Source of the DNA: a virus
Lineage: Duplodnaviria > Caudoviricetes
Strand: one strand, 5' to 3'
DNA length: 34,786 nt
IMG/VR virus record: IMGVR_UViG_3300048577_000105
Location: 1-34,786 of that record
The notes under the pieces were generated by a model, which worked only from the letters and a program-made list of their open reading frames with translations, was not told the DNA's origin and did not search any database. This document shows positions 8,153 to 16,009 of this stretch, piece after piece (the stretch's first letter is position 1; each line of letters opens with the position of its first letter). The translations under genes and the position numbers were made by a program.

Positions 8153-8572
8153 CTACTCACCTACTGAGAATTTTTCTTCAGATCCATCAAATTTTATTTG
8201 ATATGCAGCTTTAATTTTTTCATCTGCATGAGGATTTATTAAAGTTGGATTTTCATTTGTATTTAATAATACCTCTTTAGGTTGTCCAATTTCTAAACGT
8301 AAATCCGGAAGGTCAATTTCAATAGCAGCTTTTTTTACCATACTGGTAACCTCTTTTAAAATATCCTGGAGATAAACATTTTTCATTTTAGCTATTACCT
8401 TCGGATCACCTTTTAAAAGTTGAGTAGGGTCTCCCTGGGCGTTTCTCATATCTTGCTTAATAAGTTGCTTTATGTAGTAACTAAAGTTACCGTTAGAGCT
8501 GTTTTCTGCATAGTCTCTTAAATAAAGCTCTTCCGGTGTAAAACTAACTGATTTAGTGTGCTTACTACTCAT
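8153..8572 (-). CDS. Ribbon-helix-helix-like DNA-binding protein (ParR-like N-terminus)
   Basis: KSVSFTPEE.YL..YAE....NFSYYIKQLIKQDM pattern resembles RHH proteins found next to ParM/StbA genes in Firmicutes. Confidence 0.55.
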   Translation of the reverse strand: MSSKHTKSVSFTPEELYLRDYAENSSNGNFSYYIKQLIKQDMRNAQGDPTQLLKGDPKVIAKMKNVYLQDILKEVTSMVKKAAIEIDLPDLRLEIGQPKEVLLNTNENPTLINPHADEKIKAAYQIKFDGSEEKFSVGE

Positions 8573-8597
8573 AGTTTAAATAGTCCCCCCCATTTAT

Positions 8598-8972
8598 TTA
8601 ATACAAAATCCCTTGTTTTATATCCGTATCAATTATTGTCAGTATTTCAGACATTTTATTTTCGTAGTTATTAATATTGCATATAGCCGCTCTTAAAATG
8701 CCCTCAAAAATCACTACGAGGTCATTTCCCGCGTTATTTAGTATTAAGGCTATACTTAGTAGAGGCTTCCTTTCAAGAAAGCTATAAGCGGCCATATCGC
8801 AAAATAAATCATTATGTAATATTTCGTTACATAACATTTCAATTTTTTCGGATGCGGTTGGTGAAATTATATCACTTACATAGTTAAGTTTTATCTTTGC
8901 ACAGTCCTTATTTTCAGATGCTTCGTAGAACTTTACAACCTCTACTGTAACTATATTCACCATATTACTCAT
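8598..8972 (-). CDS. Hypothetical protein (124 aa)
   Basis: ORF track; tightly coupled in the operon. Confidence 0.75.
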   Translation of the reverse strand: MSNMVNIVTVEVVKFYEASENKDCAKIKLNYVSDIISPTASEKIEMLCNEILHNDLFCDMAAYSFLERKPLLSIALILNNAGNDLVVIFEGILRAAICNINNYENKMSEILTIIDTDIKQGILY

Positions 8973-8976
8973 AATA

Positions 8977-9468
8977 TTAAGCTCCTATAGCTTTTTTAAA
9001 TAGCGTTATTAAATCATGGTACTCTTCTACTTCAGGCTTTTGTAATTCATGTACAATATTCACCATTAACTTACTCATATCGTCCTTATCATCTTCAGAG
9101 CCTCCAAAAACATTATGAAACCGTCTAATTAAGTTAATCTCTCTAACTGCAACAAAGTTAGTTAATACCCCTAAAGTATCATTCATTTGCTCATGTGATA
9201 ATAAGATTTCTTCATTAGACATAAATACCTTTAGAAGATCCTCATAATTTTTTGTTGATTCAGCTATTTCAGCAGAGATATCATTATTGGAATTAAAAAG
9301 CTCCATCATTATAGCTCTTGTTGATTCCTGAAAATCTGCAAGTGGATTATCTACTTCCTCTCTTAACTTAAAAAACTGATTGTTAATTTGCTTTTTACGT
9401 TTTAAATAGTCCTCAAATGCCATTACTATACTAGCTCGTTGGTTTAGTGTTAAATCAAAGTTTCTCAA
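8977..9468 (-). CDS. Hypothetical helical protein (163 aa)
   Basis: ORF track; TTG start with GGAGG upstream. Confidence 0.75.
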   Translation of the reverse strand: MRNFDLTLNQRASIVMAFEDYLKRKKQINNQFFKLREEVDNPLADFQESTRAIMMELFNSNNDISAEIAESTKNYEDLLKVFMSNEEILLSHEQMNDTLGVLTNFVAVREINLIRRFHNVFGGSEDDKDDMSKLMVNIVHELQKPEVEEYHDLITLFKKAIGA

Positions 9469-9763
9469 TACCTTTTATACCTCCAACTTGTCCATTAATT
9501 ATATTTTACCCTCGTTTCACTATGAAAACAAGAAGATAATTCAATAAATATCATACCCCAAAGGTGCGAGGTCGTACCCTTCCAACCCGCCCGCCGCCAT
9601 GCGCTTTTTGGGTATTAACTCACGTTTACGGGGTATGAAATTCATGTAATAAGAGTGTGATTAATTTGTTTTATTCCCGGTATGAACGTACGCTATAGAG
9701 GGTATTATTTTCACTTATTTGTGGTCATTCCGGGAGCTTTGCCGTTATACTATGAGCCAAATT

Positions 9764-10864
9764 TTAAGCCTCTTTAAGGATATAATCATCTATTTGAGAC
9801 TTGGTGAGTAACCCCTCAGATATGAAAGTATTGGCATATATTTTTATTAATGCGGCTGAACATATGCCCCTCTTTCTTGTATACTCTACAACCTTCTGCA
9901 ATAAATACATATTGCTCCTCTTATAAATCGAATATAGTTGCTCCTCATCCTCAGTATTGACAACTAATCCACTTTTTAATACCTCCATGAAGCGAATGAA
10001 CTCTTTTTCCATTCTTGTACTTTCCTTAGAGCTGTTAGGAGAAGTACTTTTTATATTGCCAGTTACCTTCGGTTCGTCCGTTACAAATTTCTTTTTATCC
10101 GTAATTGTACTTTCTTTTTGTACTTCAGTTAATGGCTCAGAGGTACGTTCCGTATCGGACAAAAAGTTATTGTTAGGTGTAGGGGTAGAAGAGGAGCTTT
10201 CTTCTTTCTTTTCTTTTACTATAGTATTTATATTTTTATTTAATATAGTCTTATTACTGGTTAGATTCTGCCCTACGTTGGTTAAATTCTGCCCTACCTC
10301 TTGGTTAGATTCTAACCTACGTTGGTTAGATTCTGCCCTACCCTCGGTTAGATTTTGACTAACATTTTTGTCTGTTTTTGAGTTATCCACATCATTATCA
10401 ACAGGTTTATCCACAGAATTATCCACAACTTTATTTTCAGAGCGTTCGCTAACGGTGTTATCATCCATTGCTTGCGGCTTTTTTGGTTCTCTTCTTTTAC
10501 TGACTTCTTCCACTCCAGTAGGTAGTCCGGTAACTGGATCTATCGCAACCATTTTATATATATTACAATCATTTTCGTTTGAGTCTTGCTTTTTTCGCTT
10601 AATCTTTATAATAAAACCATTGTCACAAAGCCATTTTATAGACTTCTTTGCGGTTGAAATGCTTATACCACAACTTTGAGCTATTGTACTTAAACTTAAC
10701 TTCCATCCGTTAGTACCCCACACATAGCTTCTAATTACACTCCAAACTTTGAAGTCATTTCCGTTCACATTAGGATTTCTTGCAAAAGCGTTATATGTTA
10801 TAAAAAAGTTTTCGTTTCTCTCGGTTTCTACGTACATTACTTCATCTTGAATATTATCGTTCAT
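9764..10864 (-). CDS. Replication initiator with N-terminal winged HTH
   Basis: LSLSTIAQSCGISISTAKKSIKWLCDNGFI...R......N.Y wHTH typical of phage/plasmid initiators; low-complexity middle encodes iterons and DnaA boxes. Confidence 0.85.
   Translation of the reverse strand: MNDNIQDEVMYVETERNENFFITYNAFARNPNVNGNDFKVWSVIRSYVWGTNGWKLSLSTIAQSCGISISTAKKSIKWLCDNGFIIKIKRKKQDSNENDCNIYKMVAIDPVTGLPTGVEEVSKRREPKKPQAMDDNTVSERSENKVVDNSVDKPVDNDVDNSKTDKNVSQNLTEGRAESNQRRLESNQEVGQNLTNVGQNLTSNKTILNKNINTIVKEKKEESSSSTPTPNNNFLSDTERTSEPLTEVQKESTITDKKKFVTDEPKVTGNIKSTSPNSSKESTRMEKEFIRFMEVLKSGLVVNTEDEEQLYSIYKRSNMYLLQKVVEYTRKRGICSAALIKIYANTFISEGLLTKSQIDDYILKEA
10259..10363. repeat. Five 18-bp iterons (GGTTAGATTCTGCCCTAC consensus) at 21-23 bp spacing; probable origin
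   Basis: Copies start at 10259, 10280, 10303, 10324, 10346; AT-rich tract at about 10215-10256 adjacent. Confidence 0.85.
10383..10427 (+). promoter_or_regulatory. Four DnaA boxes at 12-bp period
   Basis: TTATCCACA at 10383, 10407, 10419 and TTATCAACA at 10395. Confidence 0.85.
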
Positions 10865-10923
10865 AAAAAAAATCTTCCTTTCTAGTACCGAACGAAAAGC
10901 CGTACCACAAAGGAAGATTTTTT
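10865..10923 (-). terminator. Attenuator hairpin that also masks the rep RBS
   Basis: Minus strand AAAAAATCTTCCTTT...AAAGGAAGATTTTTTTT directly followed by ATG. Confidence 0.7.
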
Positions 10924-10955
10924 CTCAAACTTCATTATTATTAACTATTTTTCTA

Positions 10956-10984
10956 TTGACTATACCTATATTTTTAAGTAAAAT
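10956..10984 (+). promoter_or_regulatory. sigmaA promoter for an RNA antisense to the rep leader
   Basis: TTGACT-N17-TAAAAT. Confidence 0.75.
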
Positions 10985-10990
10985 ATAAAT

Positions 10991-11094
10991 ATAGATCAAG
11001 AGAAAAAAATAGTTCAATGAGATTTGAAAAAAATCTTTCTTGAGTGGCTCTTATAAATCGAAAGTTTGGTCGCAGACGATTTATAGGAGTTTTT
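10991..11094 (+). ncRNA. Predicted countertranscript (about 100 nt) controlling rep; ends approximate
   Basis: Runs from the promoter above to terminator CTCTTATAAATCG...CGATTTATAGGAG-TTTTT (11048-11094); no credible ORF; antisense to the rep 5' leader. Confidence 0.65.
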
Positions 11095-11290
11095 GCTTTT
11101 TCCGCTCGATTTAATTGTTAATATAATTTTATACTAACTTTAAGGAATATTCAAGCAGAATAGTGAATATTATTATTACTTATTGGAAAATATGAAACGT
11201 TAGACAAGAATAAATATAAGCTTATATATAGGGTAATTCCCCTATATACAGTAAAAAGAAGAGGTATTAACACCTCTTCTTTCTTTTGGA

Positions 11291-11728
11291 TTAAATGGCT
11301 TTATGTCTTGCATCATAACGTTGTTTTCTAATGCGGCTTTTTATTGCTTCCTCTTTCTGTCTCTTATAAAGAGCGTCAAGCTCTTCTTTACCCTTGTCCA
11401 TTAATTGCTTTATAACGCTCTTATCTTGGTTAATAGTAACGTATCTAAAGGCCGTTGAAGTAACCTTGATTAAGTTAGCCTCGACTAGCTTTTTAAAAAG
11501 GTTTTCTTGCTTCTTACGTCTAAAGGTTGTAGACATTTCTATATCAGCAACAGTACAGTGAAAACTATCCTCGTCAGTTAAAAAATTATGTTTCTTACAA
11601 TATTCATACCTTTGTAGGAGATCCGAGTATAAAAGAGCTTCATTAGCACCTAAGGCAAAAGCTAATAACCTATTAATAGTTATATTATCTTTTAACTCGT
11701 CTCCATAATTGTATACCCATTGATTCAT
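11291..11728 (-). CDS. Stand-alone wHTH protein resembling an initiator N-terminal domain
   Basis: INRLLAFALGANEALLYSDL...FHCTVADIE.STTF.RKKQ...KKL.E.NLI; start moved to ATG 11728 (GAGAGG RBS); terminator at about 11254-11282. Confidence 0.6.
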   Translation of the reverse strand: MNQWVYNYGDELKDNITINRLLAFALGANEALLYSDLLQRYEYCKKHNFLTDEDSFHCTVADIEMSTTFRRKKQENLFKKLVEANLIKVTSTAFRYVTINQDKSVIKQLMDKGKEELDALYKRQKEEAIKSRIRKQRYDARHKAI

Positions 11729-11952
11729 TTTTAGACCTCTCATATATGTTTAGTAAATTCAGTTAGTTCTACTTAGAATAGTTTATTATTTACAAGAACC
11801 TAATTATTGCTTATAACAATAATTTATTATTTACAACTAGGCGTTAGTACTACTTTTATTAATCTTTGTGGAACTTTGATTAATATTTGAAGTAGTTCAT
11901 GTAACAAGGCGTAGGACACCCAAAAGTCCTAAGCCTATAAGCGTTACATATA

Positions 11953-12201
11953 TTAACCTAGTTTAGAGCTTTGATAAAATTCATCCTCAAAAATCTTATC
12001 ACACTCTATCTTGTAAATTCTCTTTGTTCCTTGATTCAGCTCTTTGTTTATTCTGTACTCAAAATTACTCTTTGCCTGAGAAATACTTACTGCCCAGGTC
12101 GTAAGCTCTATATGTTCCTTTGCTACTGATAGCATAGTGTTGTAATAGCTCCTACGGTAAAGTATCTTTCCGGAATAAACATATTTACGCTTTATTAACA
12201 T
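11953..12201 (-). CDS. Hypothetical basic protein (82 aa)
   Basis: ORF coupled (TGATG) to the upstream gene. Confidence 0.7.
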   Translation of the reverse strand: MLIKRKYVYSGKILYRRSYYNTMLSVAKEHIELTTWAVSISQAKSNFEYRINKELNQGTKRIYKIECDKIFEDEFYQSSKLG

Positions 12202-12557
12202 CAGATTGCTTCCCTATATTCCTTTATAACACTTAGTGAATAACCTTTATTGCATAAAGCTTTACTTATATTAATTAAATCCGGTCTATATGCACTAGGT
12301 TTATTAAGGCACGTAGATTTTCTGACATTAATAAAACCTTTGTCAATAATGCTATGGAGCTTTTTGCTCATTGTGATAACAGAATTTACAACCATAGTAT
12401 GAGTTGTAAGCTCTTCAATTGTGCATCTAATCCAGTCACCTTTTAAGACTAATGATTCTTTTATAAAGTAATCTAAAAGAACCGCCTCAACCATATCGTC
12501 GGTTATGGATATAAGCTCCTCTCTAATAACTAACCTTTTAGGACATAAGCCATTCAA
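12201..12557 (-). CDS. Stand-alone wHTH protein resembling a second initiator N-terminal family
   Basis: LVIREELISITDD.VEAVLLDYF...WIRCTIEEL.....KKL..IIDKGFI.VR...YRPDL; GGAGGTG RBS. Confidence 0.6.
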   Translation of the reverse strand: MNGLCPKRLVIREELISITDDMVEAVLLDYFIKESLVLKGDWIRCTIEELTTHTMVVNSVITMSKKLHSIIDKGFINVRKSTCLNKPSAYRPDLINISKALCNKGYSLSVIKEYREAI

Positions 12558-13197
12558 TTACTGCACCTCCGCACTAAAAAAATATATTTCCATATCATTT
12601 ACAGTATTGACTTAAAAAAAATGTTTCAAACATACATTACTTATGTATCGCAATATATTTTTCTGAGTTAATTAGAGGCTTTTTTTGTATTAAATTTATA
12701 TCATATGTATCATATTACTAGCATATGCAACAGATACAATAGAGCGGCTTTGTTATCACATTTGTTAATTGTTAACTTGGTTTATTTTTAATAATAAAGG
12801 GACATAATTAATAATGAGTAGCTTAAAGATTTCCATATCAGTACTTTAGGTCTCTCATTTAATAGGTTTAGTAAAGAAAAAAACAGAGGTTAGTCTTATT
12901 ACCCTAGATTCCCTAACCCCTGTTTTTTTCTTTTTATTTATATAGATGCTATAAAAGCTATTAGAATGGATAATATATTAATAGCAACACTTAGTAATAA
13001 TCCATAATTGTTTTTGTTTGCTTGTAGTACATATTACACATGACTCTCTTTACCACTAGTTGTTAGTCATAAAATCCTTTTCGGTATATTTTTATTTTCA
13101 AGTTGCATACTAATGACATAGGCGAGGTTTAGTTGCCTTTGTGTAACCTTAGACCAAACCTTTCAGCCGGAAGTTTTACTTCCGGCTCTTATTTTTT

Positions 13198-13425
13198 CTA
13201 TGCTGTCTTTTCTAGTTTGCTTTTTGCATCTTCTAGCAATCTAATTTTTTCTTTAAACTCTTCTATCATTTCTTTCGATTCTATAAGCTCCGAGAATTCT
13301 AAATCTGTTTTTGCATCCTCTAGGCTCTCATTGATGCTATCAAGTAGGCCGTTTTTGTCTATAAGTAGATTTAGTAAGTCTTTTGCATCCTTCTCATTGA
13401 ATAGGTTGTTTTTAGTGTTTTCCAT
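13198..13425 (-). CDS. Small acidic coiled-coil protein (75 aa)
   Basis: GAGGGAG RBS; driven by promoter copy C; hairpin AGCCGGAAGT-TTT-ACTTCCGGCT at about 13165-13187. Confidence 0.8.
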   Translation of the reverse strand: MENTKNNLFNEKDAKDLLNLLIDKNGLLDSINESLEDAKTDLEFSELIESKEMIEEFKEKIRLLEDAKSKLEKTA

Positions 13426-13476
13426 AATGTAATCTCCCTCTCTTTATCTTCTTTTGTGTATCTTCCTTACAACTAT

Positions 13477-13505
13477 ATTATATATCTTTTCGGTACATAA
13501 AACAA
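13477..13505 (-). promoter_or_regulatory. sigmaA promoter, copy C of repeated promoter
   Basis: TTGTTT-tatgtaccgaaaagata (17)-TATAAT; upstream CCCCCTCTAATTCCCAT at 13527-13543 (minus). Confidence 0.8.
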
Positions 13506-13601
13506 GCTCTTAAAATGAATTTACACATGGGAATTAGAGGGGGAAAATATTTAGGAAATATAAAAGAAAGTGCGCTAAGGTGGCTCTATTCTTATAACTC
13601 T

Positions 13602-13630
13602 GTATATATTTTATAATAGGACAAATACTA
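13602..13630 (+). promoter_or_regulatory. Forespore sigmaG-type promoter for the SASP gene
   Basis: GTATA-N17-AATACTA, close to the GHATR-N17/18-CATAHTA consensus. Confidence 0.55.
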
Positions 13631-13695
13631 TTCTTGTACGAGTATTAAATAAATAAAGCTAATTTTAATAATATGGTGAGAGGTGGTGAATCACT

Positions 13696-13884
13696 ATGGC
13701 AAGAAATAAGACTTTAGTACCAGGAGCAAAGCAAGGTTTAGATGCTTTCAAAATGGAATCAGCTAAAGAGGTTGGAGTATCTTTAAAAGAAGGTTATAAC
13801 GGAGATATAACAGCTAGAGAAGCTGGATCAGTTGGCGGTAACATGGTTAAGAGAATGATTGAATCATTCGAGAAAAACCTATAA
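13696..13884 (+). CDS. Alpha/beta-type small acid-soluble spore protein
   Basis: LVPGAKQGLDAFKME.A.E.GV...GYNGDITAREAGSVGG.MVKRMI is the canonical clostridial SASP signature; GAGGTGG RBS. Confidence 0.95.
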   Translation: MARNKTLVPGAKQGLDAFKMESAKEVGVSLKEGYNGDITAREAGSVGGNMVKRMIESFEKNL

Positions 13885-13956
13885 TTATAAAATCCTTATT
13901 TTCTATATCTCAAATTTGTAGTCCTTAAAGTATTTACTTTTATATAAATATAAGTG

Positions 13957-13990
13957 CAAAAAGAGAGGCGGATTTCTCCACCTCTCTTTT
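13957..13990. terminator. Bidirectional terminator between SASP and the lysis cassette
   Basis: AAAAGAGAGGCGGA-TTTC-TCCACCTCTCTTTT. Confidence 0.8.
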
Positions 13991-14028
13991 ATATTGCTTA
14001 GAAGTATTACTTAGTATAGCAATTTAAT

Positions 14029-14388
14029 CTATAGCTTTAAATTAGGAGTATCTAAAGTTTTATTGTTTACGGCTGCAATATCTTTTTTCATCTCAAATAC
14101 TGTAAAGTCTATTAGCTTATCAATATCTTGAGTAGAAAGATTTGTTTTCTTTGATAGGTACTCTATAACAGCTCTTTTCTTAGCTGCGCCGCTTTCTGTA
14201 TTCAAAGCCTCTTCAGCAGCTTTCACACCTATAGAAGCTATATGAGTAACTTGTTTTAACTTCTCATTGCTTAATTTCTTTCTTATAAAGGCTGTAGCAT
14301 ATGAAACTAGAGCGAGTACAACAATTTGCAATATCTGAGTGAGTATATTAGTTATAAAAGAGGTATCATACACGTAATTAGTTGCCAT
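14029..14388 (-). CDS. Phage holin, LL-H-like (one TM helix)
   Basis: N-terminal hydrophobic helix, then A.IGVKAAEE......G.AKK..V...L.......ID.LI...V.EM; start moved to ATG 14388 (AAGGAGG RBS). Confidence 0.75.
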   Translation of the reverse strand: MATNYVYDTSFITNILTQILQIVVLALVSYATAFIRKKLSNEKLKQVTHIASIGVKAAEEALNTESGAAKKRAVIEYLSKKTNLSTQDIDKLIDFTVFEMKKDIAAVNNKTLDTPNLKL

Positions 14389-14389
14389 C

Positions 14390-14638
14390 TTAGTCCTCCT
14401 TAATGAACCCCTCAAAGCCTTGAGCTTTAAGTTTTCCTAGAAGATCCTCGGCCTTTTTTCTGTCTCTAAATGCGCCTACTTGAACCTTGAAGGGAATTTC
14501 ATTATATTTTAGAGTCGGGATAAAACCTATAAAGCCTTTATTTCTTAGCTTTATAAGCATATCGTCGGCGTTTTCTCTTTTGGTGTATGCTCCTACTTGA
14601 ACCTTATAAAGAAGCTGAGGAGCGTTATTATCTGAAGT
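14390..14638 (-). other. In-frame 82-codon extension of the amidase encoding two SPOR repeats, cut off by one TGA
   Basis: ...KDL*TSDNNAPQLLYKVQVGAYTKRENADDMLIKLRNKGFIGFI...PFKVQVGAFRDRKKAEDLLGKLKAQGFEGFIKED*; no ATG/GTG/TTG before the first repeat. Confidence 0.9.
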
Positions 14639-15217
14639 TCATAAGTCTTTAAAAGCTATATTAGCAAATGCACAATATCCTTTAGCTATGCCTCTAGCAC
14701 ACTTGTTTTGAAAGTCCACACTATTAAGCAATCCCTCTTCTTTAGGATTAGAAATAAAAGCACTTTCAACAAGAATAGCGGGCATTGATGTATTTCTTAA
14801 AACTGAATAGTTAGCGGTTTTAACGCCTCTATCTGTTAAGCCTATTTCTTTTATTAAAGCCGCCTCTACTGCGTGAGCTAATTTATTTCCATTAGTTGCA
14901 GCATTAGGACTTAAACAATATGTTTCTGTTCCATGAGCTGAAGCATCTGCGGCTGAATTAGCATGAAGAGAAATAAAGTGAGTGCAGCCGTTTCTATTTG
15001 CTACGTTTGCTCTAGCTATTAAGTCTTTATTTGTATCGCCATTTACTAGAGCATTGTCATTACTTCTAGTCATTACAATTTGAATCCCGCAGTTTTCAAG
15101 GTACTTTTTAAGCTTTAAAGCTAAGGATAAAGTAAAATCCTTTTCTCTATATCCAGTTGGCCCAACTGCTCCGGGGTCCCATTGTCCATGTCCAGGGTCT
15201 AAACAAACTTTAGCCAT
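14639..15217 (-). CDS. Endolysin, N-acetylmuramoyl-L-alanine amidase (Amidase_3)
   Basis: VCLDPGHG, EK, FISLHANS, PAILVESAFISN zinc-amidase motifs; start moved to ATG 15217. Confidence 0.93.
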   Translation of the reverse strand: MAKVCLDPGHGQWDPGAVGPTGYREKDFTLSLALKLKKYLENCGIQIVMTRSNDNALVNGDTNKDLIARANVANRNGCTHFISLHANSAADASAHGTETYCLSPNAATNGNKLAHAVEAALIKEIGLTDRGVKTANYSVLRNTSMPAILVESAFISNPKEEGLLNSVDFQNKCARGIAKGYCAFANIAFKDL

Positions 15218-15219
15218 CT

Positions 15220-15624
15220 TTAGTTTCCTCCTTTGTTTTTTAATTGCTCCAATACTTCTATAAGCTTTTTCGGCAGAGGCACACCACACTTTGCAATATT
15301 CTCTAAAATTGAAAGAGCTTCATTGGCAACATAGAAATATACTACAAGTGTACGAAATGCCATTGTACCGTTATTAATTAGTCTATCTAAAAGAACTGAA
15401 ACTATAAGTACAAGAAGTATACCGGCTTTCTTCATAATTCCTCTATATCCAGTCTTACTACTTAGAGCTTTATTTACATAACCTTTCATTAGTCCGGTCA
15501 TTTGATCCATAGCCATAAATGAAATTAATACTATAAGGCCAGTGTCAAAACCTCCAAAGAAAAAAGAAAGAAATGAGGTTAAAGCTGATATTAGTAATTT
15601 GTAGTCAAAAAGTTCCTCTCTCAT
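15220..15624 (-). CDS. Phage holin (toxin secretion/phage lysis holin family)
   Basis: FGGFD..L.VL..FM..D..TG, LSSK.G..GI.KK, YVANEALSILEN....GVPLP. Confidence 0.9.
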   Translation of the reverse strand: MREELFDYKLLISALTSFLSFFFGGFDTGLIVLISFMAMDQMTGLMKGYVNKALSSKTGYRGIMKKAGILLVLIVSVLLDRLINNGTMAFRTLVVYFYVANEALSILENIAKCGVPLPKKLIEVLEQLKNKGGN

Positions 15625-15667
15625 GTGTTTTATCCCCCTATGGATTTAATAAAAAAAGAAGAGGTTT

Positions 15668-15886
15668 TTAAGCCTCTTCCTTATCGTTATTTTCTATTGT
15701 TGTATCTTCAGTTATAGTTTGTGAGCTTTTAATAAGCTCTTGAATTGTTGAAGCTCTTTGATTGTTAACCTCTGTTTGTATCTCATTTAAAAGCATTGAA
15801 AGCACTGTAATAGGCATATTAGTTTCATTTAGTGCATTTATAATTTTCTGTTTAGTTTCATAAAGTACTAAATCCGGTGATTTCAT
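15668..15886 (-). CDS. Small phage hypothetical protein (72 aa)
   Basis: AAAGGGG RBS; lies between tail and lysis genes. Confidence 0.75.
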   Translation of the reverse strand: MKSPDLVLYETKQKIINALNETNMPITVLSMLLNEIQTEVNNQRASTIQELIKSSQTITEDTTIENNDKEEA

Positions 15887-16009
15887 ATAGCTGATTACCC
15901 CTTTACTATTTATTTTGCTATAGTATGCCCTTTACAGTACTTCAATAGATTTTTATTAGATAGCATATAAAGAGCCTAGGGAATACCCCTAGGCTTTACA
16001 TACTAAAGT

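Noticed and set aside
10259-10363. Repeat array as a possible CRISPR
   Set aside because: Spacers are only 3-5 bp, the array is inside a CDS and no cas genes are present; fits iterons
9957-10679. Plus-strand ORFs of 133 and 103 aa
   Set aside because: Shadow frames of rep with S/L/F-rich composition and no RBS
12935-13070. Possible type I toxin ORF next to the orphan terminator
   Set aside because: The mildly hydrophobic minus-strand frame has an upstream stop and no start codon or RBS
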